From Eledone cirrhosa (Eukaryota), in NCBI GenBank assembly GCA_964016885.1, contig OZ024750.1:35278001-35342000 (forward strand): a stretch of 64,000 nucleotides of DNA, written 5' to 3'. Positions 39,283-51,079 of this stretch are shown piece by piece; position 1 is the stretch's first letter, and each line of letters opens with the position of its first letter. The position numbers and the translations under genes were made by a program. The notes beneath the pieces are model-generated. The model had not been told where the DNA came from. It made no database searches and saw nothing but the letters and a program-made list of their open reading frames with translations.

Positions 39283-40705
39283 TTAACCCTTTAACATTTA
39301 AACCGGCTGTATCCGGCCAGAATTCTCTCCCCTATTTCTGTTCAAACTGATCACAATCGGCTGCTCATGCTGACATTAAGGTATTGTTCTCAAAATAAAT
39401 AACATCTTCAAAATCTCATACATTTGATATTATATTATGTGAGATAAAGCATTTGCAGTGAAAATACATTAGTAAATATCATTTAACGTCCATTTTTCTT
39501 GCTACCATGGGTTAGACAGGTCATCTTAATTGAGGTAAGTTGGGTCAAGTAACTGTGTCTTACTCATATAGGGCTGTTTCTGGCTTGGTTTCTATGGTTG
39601 GATGCCCTTCGTAATGCCAGACACATTTACTGTGTGGACTGGGTACTTTTTGTTGTGAAACTTACATGACCACTTTACAGTGTGGGCTGGGTGCTTTTTG
39701 TCATGACACCTACATGACCACTTTACAGTGTGGGCTGGGTGCTTTTTGTCGTGACACCTACATGATCACTTTACAGTGTGGGCTGGGTGCTTTTTGTCGT
39801 GACACCTACATGACTACTTTACAGTGTGGGCTGGGTGCTTTTTGTCGTGACACCTACACAACCACTTTACAGTGTGGGCTGGGTGCTTTTTGTCATGACA
39901 CCTACATGACCACTTTACAGTGTGGGCTGGGTGCTTTTTGTCGTGACACCTACATGACCACTTTACAGTGTGGACTGGGTGCTTTTTGTTGTGACACTTA
40001 CATGACCACTTTACAGTGTGGGCTGGGTGCTTTTTGTTGTGACACTTACATGACCACTTTACAGTGTGGGCTGGGTGCTTTTTGTTGTGACACTTACATG
40101 ACCACTTTACAGTGTGGGCTGGGTGCTTTTTGTCGTGACACCTACATGACCACTTTACAGTGTGGTGTGGGCTGGGTGCTTTTTGTCATGACACCTACAA
40201 GACCACTTTACAGTGTGGACTGGGTGCTTTTTGTCGTGACACCTACATGACCACTTTACAGTGTGGGCTGGGTGCTTTTTGTCGTGACACCTACATGACC
40301 ACTTTACAGTGTGGACTGGGTGCTTTTTGTTGTAACACTTACATGACCACTTTACAGTGTGGGCTGGGTGCTTTTTGTCATGACACCTACAAGACCACTT
40401 TACAGTGTGGACTGGGTGCTTTTTGTTGTAACACTTACATGACCACTTTACAGTGTGGGCTGGGTGCTTTTTGTTGTGACACCTACATGACCACTTTACA
40501 GTGTGGACTGGGTGCTTTTTATTGTGACACTTACATGACCACTTTACAGTGTGGGCTGGGTGCTTTTTGTTGTGACACCTACATGACCACTTCGCAGTGT
40601 GGACTGGGTGCTTTTTGTTGTGACACCTACATGACCACTTCGCAGTGTGGGCTGGATATGTTTTGCTGACAGTGTAAGGGTGGTGTGGTTAATGCTAAAG
40701 GTTAA
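39283..40705. mobile_element. piggyBac-like MITE split by a SINE-A 3' half carrying a 48-bp minisatellite
   Basis: TTAAccctttaacattt at 39283; aatgctaaaggTTAA at 40691-40705; SINE tail at about 39480-39630. Confidence 0.7.
39630..40660. repeat. 48-bp SINE-derived minisatellite, about 21 copies
   Basis: Unit tgggctgggtgctttttgtcgtgacacctacatgaccactttacagtg. Confidence 0.96.
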
Positions 40706-41066
40706 AACAGATTTTAAACTGGAGATGGTGAAGAGAAGTGGAAGTTGTGATGTTCATACATCTCCTCATAGAAGTGTTTAAAATAGATTATAAATTTATT
40801 GTATCAAGAAATTACTGGTTGGATTGTATTTTGTAGTATTTTTTACTATGAAGAGAAGTGGGAGTTGTGATGTTCATACATCTCCTAAGAGAAGAGAGTT
40901 AAAAATATTTTAAATAGACTATAAATTTTGGCATTAAGTCTACCCTGTATGGTGATCTGGTAGCACAATAACAAAAGCACCCAGTTCACCCTGTGAGGTG
41001 GTCATGCTGGTGACGTAACAAAAAGTGCCCTATTCATCCTGTAAGGTGGTGATGCTGGTAACATAA

Positions 41067-41252
41067 TTGTTTCTACTTTAGGCACAAGGCCAGCAATTAC
41101 CCAGTTCATTACTGGTACTTTATTTTATCGACCCCGTAAGGATGAAAGGCAAAGTCAACCTCGGCGGGATTTGAACTCAGATCGTAAAGGGACGTAACTA
41201 TGCTGGAAAGCATGGCGTCCGACCCTCTACCGATACTGCCAATCCACCGCCT
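41067..41252 (-). mobile_element. Young SINE-B copy
   Basis: Near-consensus sequence. Confidence 0.9.
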
Positions 41253-41325
41253 TGTAACATGCTGGTTACCATGCTGGTAACATAATGGGTCCTTTTCAGT
41301 ACAGAATTTTATACCCCACATTTAC

Positions 41326-41484
41326 CACATTCCTTCCTCATCCTCTCAAATATATTTAATATCTTTTTCAATCTGTAGTTGCAAATGAACAATTTCCATC
41401 TACTGGGAAATTCTAACCCCTGTTTGGAATATGTAATACAGCTGTCATTATAGATTCTAGAAGATTCTTCACCACCATTCTTTA
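41326..41484 (-). CDS. Candidate 159-nt exon
   Basis: tgacattacAG | KNGGEESSRIYNDSCITYSKQGLEFPSRWKLFICNYRLKK...KEC | G-GTAAAT. Confidence 0.25.
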
Positions 41485-41919
41485 CTGTAATGTCATTTAT
41501 AAATAGTAATGTCAACATTCACTTGAATAACAATGATGAAGACGACATATTGAACATTCTTGACAACCTAAAGCAATTCTCTGTCTTAAGCCATCAACAG
41601 ATATGCCCCACATAGTTGGCAACATAATAGTTGGTTTTGTAAACCACCTGCTATTATCATCTCGCCCAACGATATCAAAATGATGCACCCAATTGACAGT
41701 AACGACATTAAATTGTTTCTTTTTTTATTTCAAATCTAACAGAACAGAAATCTCTCCAGTCTTGAAAACAAATGTTTTGTGACTGTAAAACATGAAAGAA
41801 CATCTCTATGTATCAAATTTTATGTTGGAACAAAATCAACTTAAATTTCTTGGTTGATTTCTTATCTCTCATCACCACTTCCCTTGTTCACATGTTAAAA
41901 CCTTAAATATTTGTATATC

Positions 41920-42062
41920 TGTCTGTCTACCTGCTTGTTGGTTTGCCTGTCTGCTTGCCTGTCTGTCTAGCTATTTGTCTGTCTGTTGGCCTGTCTGCCT
42001 GCCTATCTGTCTTTCTATATATCTATCTGTCTGTCTATATATTTGTCTGTCTTTCTGCCTGC

Positions 42063-42128
<66 letters not shown>

Positions 42129-42158
42129 GTCTGTCTATATATTTGTCTGTCTTTCTGC

Positions 42159-42214
<56 letters not shown>

Positions 42215-42254
42215 ATATCTATCTGTCTGTCTATATATTTGTCTGTCTTTCTGC

Positions 42255-42331
<77 letters not shown>
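41920..42331. repeat. (TCTA)/(TCTG) microsatellite
   Basis: Direct reading. Confidence 0.95.
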
Positions 42332-43290
42332 AGCACCTCGAGTGCCTTCAGGCGCTCACAGCCTCTACCAAGCGGAAACAACAATCAGCAGAGACTCCAT
42401 GTTGACATTCTATAGGGGATTAGTGGAGGATAAGTGCGACAACGTTCCCGAGGAAGCTCTGGGCATCGAGGAGGACGAACTGACCAGTCTGTTCGGGAGG
42501 ACTTTCCGTCCAGGGCCTATGGATAATGTCCAGAGGTCTCTGGCCTGGCAGTGCTATGGAGGAACTCTACCAGTTTGAGACAAAATCTACAGACATGGAC
42601 GCCCTGGCAGAGATCCTCCCAAAAGGACCTGTCCAAGATGTGAGCAAGACATTGAAACCATTCTGCACGCAATTATTCAGTGCCCAGGGGTGACCAACCT
42701 GTGGAATTATGTCGAACAGCTACTGTCATATGTGGGACACATCCAGTTGTCAGCCGAGTCCATCATGATGATCACCCTGCCACCTTCGTTTAAGAATGAA
42801 AGAGAGGCGGTTTTTCACTAAAGAGGTAATATGGTAGACGAAGTTGAAAGGATTGAGGGCAAACACCTTCCTCTCCAGACAATAACTCATCCCCTTCTTT
42901 AAATACCATTTCAGAAGGAAGGTGAGAGTGGAGAGAGAGGTGCTAAATCCCAGTAAATTCACTGAAAGGTGGGTGAATGTGGTGAAAATGGCCCGAGTGA
43001 ATGGGCCTTCACAGTATATAAACCTGTAGGTTGAGGAAGACAAAAAGAGGGAAGACAGGAACAACTACAAAACATGCTCCTGGTGTTGAGGGTTGTTCTA
43101 TCTACAGGGTGTAAAACAACCCTGCAGTAACGTTCCCCCCTATTGGGGATTACAATTGTTAATTTGTTAATATATAGTTTATTGTTATTTATTAATGTTA
43201 AAGTTTATATGATTTCTAAGTAAAACCCCGCTGTCATGTTTTGTAATGTCCCATTTCTTGTATGCCCTTGTGGCAAATAAAGAAAGATAT
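42332..43290 (+). mobile_element. Tx1/L1-clade LINE 3' portion (zf-RVT CCHC), degenerate
   Basis: [14 protein letters not shown]...TCPRCEQDIETILHAIIQCP..NLW; AATAAA at about 43276. Confidence 0.8.
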
Positions 43291-43374
43291 TTATCTATTC
43301 ATCAATCTACTTAACTATTATAAATAAATTAGAAAGAAAAAGAAATTATTGCTCTACATGGCTGAATACAATAA

Positions 43375-43879
43375 ATGTAATCTGAGTTTTTCGAATATTA
43401 ATGATAATCGATTTGTTTGCAATTATGCAATCAGCCTCTTTTTTAAAGCCATGTCAGTAGAATGAGCCCCTCATTCTTGCTCTTCAGTTGGCATGTAAAC
43501 AGAACTGCAGACACTAATGTTTCTGGGTATTACCCTTCATCAGTACAGCTCACTGTTCACCTGCCAACTGTCAGAGCTAGTGAAAATATATGATATTTTC
43601 TAAAATATACAGTGACTGATTGGCCTGATTTGCATATTAGCAGACTGGCTTATTAGTCAGATCTGCATATTAGCAGATCCACTGATCAGCCAGATTTGCA
43701 TATCAGCAGACTGACCAGTCAGTTTCATGTATACAAGCGATTAATGGCCGGCTTTGCCCAAATCTGGCTGATCAGTGGATCTGCTAATATGCAGATCTGA
43801 CTGATCAGCCAGTCTGCTAATATGCAAATCAGGCTGATAAGTCACTGTGTATTTTTGAAAATAGCATATATTTTCACTA
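43375..43879 (-). mobile_element. Hammerhead element with upstream fold-back (121-bp arms 43578-43698 / 43759-43879)
   Basis: Ribozyme at 43502-43551; 3' part homologous to 22281-22410. Confidence 0.8.
43502..43551 (-). ncRNA. Canonical minimal type I hammerhead (GUC site)
   Basis: gagctgta-CTGATGA-agggtaataccca-GAAA-cattagtg-TC-tgcagttc. Confidence 0.85.
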
Positions 43880-44057
43880 TCTTTTGAGTAGGGTGGTGGG
43901 GTGGCAGGGTGGTGGGGGGAGTAGGGTGGAGCAGTGGCAGGGGAGTAGGGTGGTAGGGTATCCACGTATTTTGTTTTAATCATTGTTAAGATATCAATGA
44001 CATATGATATACATGAAAATATATGAAATTACATACACATGCATTTAAATATATCAT

Positions 44058-45660
44058 CATCATCGTTTTATGTCCATTCTTCCATGCTAGCATGGGTTAG
44101 ACGGATTGTCCTGTTGTGGGTAGTGTCTGGTCAGCTCATCTTGACTTGTTCATAATGGAACTGATTCTGGCTTGATTTCTACAGCTGGATACCCTTCCTA
44201 ACACCAACCTCATTTACAGTGAGTGCTAGGTGCCTTTTTTCTGAGGCGCCTGCACATCCACTTTGCAGTGTGGGCTGGATGCTTTTTTGTCATGACACCT
44301 CCATGACCACTTTGCAGTGGGGGGGGGGGGGGGGGACTATATTGTCTACATGCTTCAGCTTCAGTTTGTACCTGTGGGAAGTCGGGTCTTCTTTCTGTAT
44401 TACTGCGTGACACCAGAGGTCACGGTCGTGTGTCATCGCCTTTGAGAGGTGCTATTGGGTAAGGTTGGCTTTTATCACCTTACCCCAGATCTTCCTGAGT
44501 CTCCCCACTCCACGGCTTCCATCAACTTCTAGTGCTCTGCATCTTTTTATGCATCTGTCATCCTTCATACGCATCACATGTCCATACCAACACAACCTCC
44601 TCTCCTGCACACACCATTTGATTCCTCTTATGTTCAGTCTCTCTCTCAATTCGTTTATGCTTTGCGTATATTACTGTTACACATCCATCGGAGCATGTAA
44701 GCTTTGTTTCTTTCTAATTTATGCAAGTCAGGTCTCACTACCATGTAACATTGCTGTTCGTATGAACACATCATACAGTCTGCCTTTCATTTTGTGGGAA
44801 AAGCGTTTTGCGGTTAGCAGTGGTAGTAGCTCCCTGAACTTCTTCCATCCCGTTCTTACCCTGATTACTGTACTTTCAGAACACCTACTTCCACTGCTAA
44901 TTCGGTCACCTAGGTAGCAGAAGCTGTCTATTGTTTCTACAGAGCCCTCCCAGAGTTTGGTGGTGCTTGTTTCTTGTGACCATTTGCTGCTTGCTGTCCC
45001 TGTGCAGCTGCTACATGTAAAGCCTACATTCTTAGCTAAGCTTCCTGAGATCCCACTACAACTCTTGTGTACCCATTGTTTGCATTTGGGGCAGAGGATG
45101 GAGTTCCTACCTACACATTTCCTACATACTGAACAAGGCCATTTCCCTGAGGGGATCTGGGTTCTGTTTTCTTGTCTACTCATGAGGACCTTAGTCTTTG
45201 TCAGGTTGACTTTGAAACCCTTTCTTTCTAGTATTGCTTCCATGTTTAGAATTTCTTCTCTAGTTCTACCATGGTTTCAGCTATAAGTGTGAGATCATCT
45301 GCATACAGGAGTTCCCATGGGCATCCGGTCTTAAACTCCTCCGTTATTGCCTGCAGTACTATAATGAACAAGAGATGGCTAAGAACAGAGCCCTGGTGGA
45401 CACCGACCTGTATGCTAAATTCCTCGCTATAGTCATTGCTAACCCTAACTTTGCTGACTGCTCCCCTATATATGGCTCGTACAGCTTTCACAAGCCATTC
45501 ATCTACTCCTTGTTTTCTAAGAGCCCACCAGATTATAGCACAGGGCAGTCTGTCGAAGGCTTTTTCGAGATCGACAACTGAGCGGCTTACTTTTAACTAG
45601 GTACTTTTCCTGTAACTGCCGCACAAGGAAGAGGGCATCAGTGGTGCCTTTTCCTGGCAT
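44058..45660 (-). mobile_element. 5'-truncated RTE LINE (RT plus PHD-like insert) with SINE-like 3' UTR
   Basis: MPGKGTTDALF...GVHQGSVLS...YADDL...CSVCRKCVGRNSILCPKCKQWVHKSC...WYGHVM. Confidence 0.95.
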
Positions 45661-46448
45661 ATATATATATATCATCACCACTTTACATCCATTCTTCCAC
45701 GCTAGCATGGGTTAGACGGGTTGTCCTGTTGTGGGCAATGCCAGGTCAGGTGACCATGTCCTGCTCATACAGAACTGATTTGGGCTTGATTTCTACAGTT
45801 GGATGCCCTTCCCAACATATATATATATATTAGAAAAAATTAGGAAATTTTGTTTACATATATAAGATATTTATTGTGTATTGATCTGTAGCACACGTTT
45901 TGCAGAGGAGTGATGGACCTAATTACATTATCAATCTGCTCTTCAAAGTGGCTATATATATATATGTGTGTCAGTCCCGAGCTTAATCACAGTAAATAAG
46001 GTACTCAATACATTAGTAGAGTGTATACAAGAAAATTAATATAAAAATGACTTCTACAGGTAGAGTACTGTTTCATTCAAAGGAAATCAACAGCTTGTAT
46101 ATATATATATATGTATGTCGTTCTTTCTTTCTTTATTTTATAACCCTGTAACATGCAAAGGAGTCTTAGGGGCACTGTATTAACATACGGCAGTGTTTCT
46201 AGGGTATTTTAAAAACGACAGAATCCAATCCTCTCCAGGTGTAAGTAGAGCAGATTTCTTCCAGAGAAAGATAGAGAGTGGAAGAATCAACCCCAGAACT
46301 AGACTGGTACTTTTCTTTATTGACCTCAAATGGATGAAAGGTAAAGTTGACCTCGGCGGGACTTGAACTCAGATAGCAGAGAGACGGAATGAATATGATA
46401 AAGTATTATATCCAACGTTCTAATGATTCTGCCAATTCACCACCTTCA

Positions 46449-47245
46449 TATAAAATAAGGTGAAGACTCTATTTAAATGCGGGAAAAGTGCCTAACTGGT
46501 ATCTGGGAGATATGGAGTTCATTTCCTTATAGTGGCAGATGGCAACTTCTTTATCCATCTTTTAAGGATCTTCACCGTATTTCATAAGCTATTTTATAGT
46601 ATCTCAATGCAGGAGCACGCCATTCTTTGTATTAACTTTATTTTCTCAGCAATCTGTAATGGTCCAAGTGACCAGCTATGTATACACAATGTTTGTATAA
46701 ATAATATAGATTTCTAAAAAGGGTGTTATATAGGTTTCTAACAAGGCCTCAAATGTGGGGAATGGTTTAGAGAATTATATTATCCTCACTTCTTGTTGAT
46801 CTTGGAGTGATTAGTACTCAAAACTAAATACTGGCAGAGTATTTTATTATCTAACAACCAGAGTCATTATGGTGTTGGATTTAGAATGGTTTGGTAGTAG
46901 GTTCCAGCTTTGGTATTTGTTCCAGCTTTCTGAACTCTGATTTAAAATCCTGTTTAGGTCAACTTTGTCCTTTCATTCTTTCAGGGTCAATAAATAAAGT
47001 ACCAGCACTAAGGTGGACTCTTCTTTTATCTGGAAGTACTATGTTTCTAACTAATGAGAGATGGGCTCCACCATGTGTGAAAATGTCCCTATGACATGTG
47101 GTATCATCTGGTCATCCCTATAACATACTGTCTTCTAAGCCGAAGGGTCTTCACAGACAAAATCATTACCCAAGCAGAACTACTGACCTCTCAGATGGTA
47201 CATTGATCTCATTTATATCTATATATATATCTATCTATCTATCTA

Positions 47246-47288
<43 letters not shown>

Positions 47289-48135
47289 ACTAGCAGCAGT
47301 ATCCAGCGTTGCCTGGGTAGGTAAAATAATATCTGCTTTGTTAAAAAGGTGTTGATCTTAGCGACTGCTAATCTCGATGACTAATCTATGGCCATACACA
47401 GGCCATGCGGGAGAGGGTGGTTATGTTCTCTATCACTGACAAACGCGGGTGACTGACGAAGGGGCATTCTGGGGGAGGGAGTTTCGAATTTGAACGAAAT
47501 CGGTTGAAAAATGTGGAAGCTAGAGCTGAAACGGAGGAAATTTGAGCAAAAAGGAGCTATTTTCGAATATTTAAGCGGCTGCCACGGCGTTCCTGAACAA
47601 AAAATCCAAAATGTAGAGCCACTTTAAGACGAGAAATAATTAGATCTAGCGTAGTGTAAAATTTGAACAAAGTAGGTTGATTAATGTGGGAGGTAGAGCC
47701 AAAAAAGTGGAAATTTGAGTCTAAAAGTGGTATTTTTGAATATTTAAGCGGATGCCACGCCGTTCCCGAACAACAAATGCAAAATATAAAGCCATTACAG
47801 GATGTGTAATGATAAATTCTATTTTGTTTTAAAATTTGAACGAAATCGGTGGCAAAATGTGGGAGCTAGAGCCAAAAATCTTATTTTTCAATACCTAATA
47901 AAAGGTGACCCGACCCGCCCGACCCCTATCGATTTTTATCTGCAAAATGACCCCGGAATAAAAAAACGATAAGCTGATATATAGAAAACATTCCCTGATG
48001 ACTAATCTATGAGCCTGTAAAGTTTCATGAAAATCGGTCGTAAGATGTAGGCCCCTATAGGTAATACACAGACACACACACATACTTAATTTTATATATA
48101 TACAAATATATTGTAGAACGCTCAACTTTATATAC

Positions 48136-48179
<44 letters not shown>

Positions 48180-49152
48180 CATGACAACCTCCTAGTGTTG
48201 GTGATCTACACGATAAACGCACAGAGTACACTCTGTGAAATGGTTGGTGATAGAAAGGGCATCCAGTTATAGAAAACCTGCCAAACAAAAGGTCAGTAGG
48301 CCCTTTTTGTTGTGTCAAATATATGACAACCTTCCTGGTGCTGGTGCCATGATAAAAAACCCTTAGCAGAGTACAGTTACTGATATAAATGAGATCAATG
48401 TACCATCTGAGAGGTCAGTAGTTCTGCTTGGGTAATGATTTTGTCTGTGAAGACCCTTCGGCTTAGAAGACAGTATGTTATAGGGATGACCAGATGATAC
48501 CACATGTCATAGGGACATTTTCACACATGGTGGAGCCCATCTCTCATTAGTTAGAAACATAGTACTTCCAGATAAAAGAAGAGTCCACCTTAGTGCTGGT
48601 ACTTTATTTATTGACCCTGAAAGAATGAAAGGACAAAGTTGACCTAAACAGGATTTTAAATCAGAGTTCAGAAAGCTGGAACAAATACCAAAGCTGGAAC
48701 CTACTACCAAACCATTCTAAATCCAACACCATAATGACTCTGGTTGTTAGATAATAAAATACTCTGCCAGTATTTAGTTTTGAGTACTAATCACTCCAAG
48801 ATCAACAAGAAGTGAGGATAATATAATTCTCTAAACCATTCCCCACATTTGAGGCCTTGTTAGAAACCTATATAACACCCTTTTTAGAAATCTATATTAT
48901 TTATACAAACATTGTGTATACATAGCTGGTCACTTGGACCATTACAGATTGCTGAGAAAATAAAGTTAATACAAAGAATGGCGTGCTCCTGCATTGAGAT
49001 ACTATAAAATAGCTTATGAAATACGGTGAAGATCCTTAAAAGATGGATAAAGAAGTTGCCATCTGCCACTATAAGGAAATGAACTCCATATCTCCCAGAT
49101 ACCAGTTAGGCACTTTTCCCGCATTTAAATAGAGTCTTCACCTTATTTTATA
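46449..49152. repeat. 771-bp long inverted repeat (46449-47219 / 48382-49152), 1162-bp spacer
   Basis: Identical ORF translations on opposite strands; end coordinates sum to 95601 at both the inner and outer boundaries. Confidence 0.95.
47290..48138 (-). mobile_element. Non-autonomous Helitron-like element
   Basis: Minus strand 3' end: hairpin cccaggcaacgctgg then CTAG; 5' TA-rich plus gt microsatellite and accgatttt motif like 6911; internal ~180-bp duplication. Confidence 0.7.
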
Positions 49153-49189
49153 AGCTATTTTATAGTATCTCTGTACACGAGCACATCAT

Positions 49190-49720
49190 CATTGTTTTTA
49201 CATCTGTTTTTTCATGTTTGTATGGGTTGGATAGATCCGTTTCAGTACAGCATCTCTCCACTCACTGCATTTCTTCATTATCTCCTCTGCGAGATTCAGC
49301 AATTTGAGATCAGCTTTCACCACCTCTGCCCACTCCTTCTTGGTCTACCTCTACTGGTATTTCTTAACAATTCTTAACCCATCCATCAGCATCCATGCAC
49401 ATCACATGTCCATACCAATGCAGTCTTCTCTCCTGCACACTATTTCGGATTTCTCTTAAACCCAACTTCTCCCTCAGTTCATCCAAGCTCTTCTTTTCTC
49501 TCACATTTTACATTGCACCACGATCAAAATATGGTTGCTTCATTTCTCTCCAGTCCCCGCATGTCTTCTGCAGTCACTGCTCATGTTTCACTACTATGCA
49601 GCATTGCATTTCACATGCAGGTATCATACAGCCATCTTTTTGTACATTGGGAGAAACCTTTTATTGTCAACAGTGGGAATAGCTCTCTCAACTTCTTCCA
49701 TGCTATCCTTATTCTTGAAG
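49190..49720 (-). mobile_element. Degenerate RTE LINE 3' end
   Basis: RRLHWYGHVMC..RGRPRR..; tail ccatacaaacatg...(gat). Confidence 0.8.
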
Positions 49721-49976
49721 TTTGATTCTTAGACTGGGCTTTGCGTTGTGTCCTTGAGCAAGACATTTATTTCACGTTGCTCCAGTTCACTCAGCTGTAG
49801 AAATGAGTTGCGACATCACTGGTGTCAAGCAATTGCCTTTCTCTTGAACAACATTGGTGTCATCGATAGAGGAGACTGGTATGCATGGGCAACTGCTGGT
49901 CTTCCACAAACAAACCTTGGCCAGGTTTCTGCCGCAGAGGGAAATTTTCTAGGTGCAAAACCATGGTCATTATTTA

Positions 49977-50655
49977 AGGTGAATTGGCAGTATTGGTAGA
50001 GGGTCGGACACCATGCTTTCTAGCATAGTTACGTCCCTTTACAGTCTGAGTTCAAATCCCGCCGAGGTTAACTTTGCCTTTCATCCTTACGGGGTCGATA
50101 AAATAAAGTACCAGTAATGTACTGGGTAATTGCTGGCCTTGTGCCTAAAGTAGAAACAATTATTTATGGGCGGTGGCTTGGCATTATCGGTAGAGAGTCG
50201 GAGACCATGCTTTTTAGCATAGAGTTACGGCCTTGTCATTCTGAGCTCAAATCCCGCCGAGGTTAACTTTGCCTTTCATCCTTGATAAAATAAAGTACCA
50301 GTAATGCACTGGGATAATTGCTGGTCTTGAACCAAAAAGTAGAAACAATTATTTATGGTGGTTTGACAGTATTGGTAGAGCATCAGATACCTAAGTTCAA
50401 ATCCCGCTGAGGTTAATTTTGCCTTTCAACCTTACGGAGTCGATAAATAAAGTACCAGTAATGCACTGGGATAATTGCTGGTCTTGAACCAAAAAGTAGA
50501 AACAATTATTTATGGTGGTTTGACAGTATTGGTAGAGCATAAGACACCTGAGTTCAAAATCCCGCTGAGGTTAACTTTGCCTTTCAACCTTACGGGGTCG
50601 ATAAAATAAAGTACTGGGATAATTGCTGGTCTTGTACCAAAAGTAGAAACAATTA
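49977..50655 (+). mobile_element. Head-to-tail array of four SINE-B copies, progressively deleted
   Basis: Each ends gtagaaacaattatttatg. Confidence 0.88.
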
Positions 50656-51079
50656 TTTATGATTATATATCTTTTGATTTTTTCTTTGTTTGTGGAACAG
50701 TGCTATGAAAGAAAGCGAACAAGAAACAAAATGATCATTGAAATCTGCTCCATGATTGGTCAACCAAACAGCACTATGGCTAAAATAGAACAGAAATAGA
50801 TGATTAAAATATGTAAAAATTACAATCACAAAAGACATTTCCAAAACAAGTAAACCAAACAAATGAAAAAGCAAGAGCAACAATAACAACAACAATATTC
50901 CTGTAGATGGCAATTAATCATTTACAAAAAGAAGTCAAGGATAGAAGGGACGGTGATGGGGAAAATGCAAATTAAGTTTCAGTGAATGGAATAGATCATG
51001 AATCAGTCAGTTATAAATAATTGTCTATTATTTGTATAGTTACTATTTTGTCAAACTGACTGGTGATACAATGTTAATA

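Noticed and set aside
46532-49069. Duplicated 61-aa and 67-aa ORFs on opposite strands
   Set aside because: By-products of the inverted repeat; one overlaps a decayed SINE
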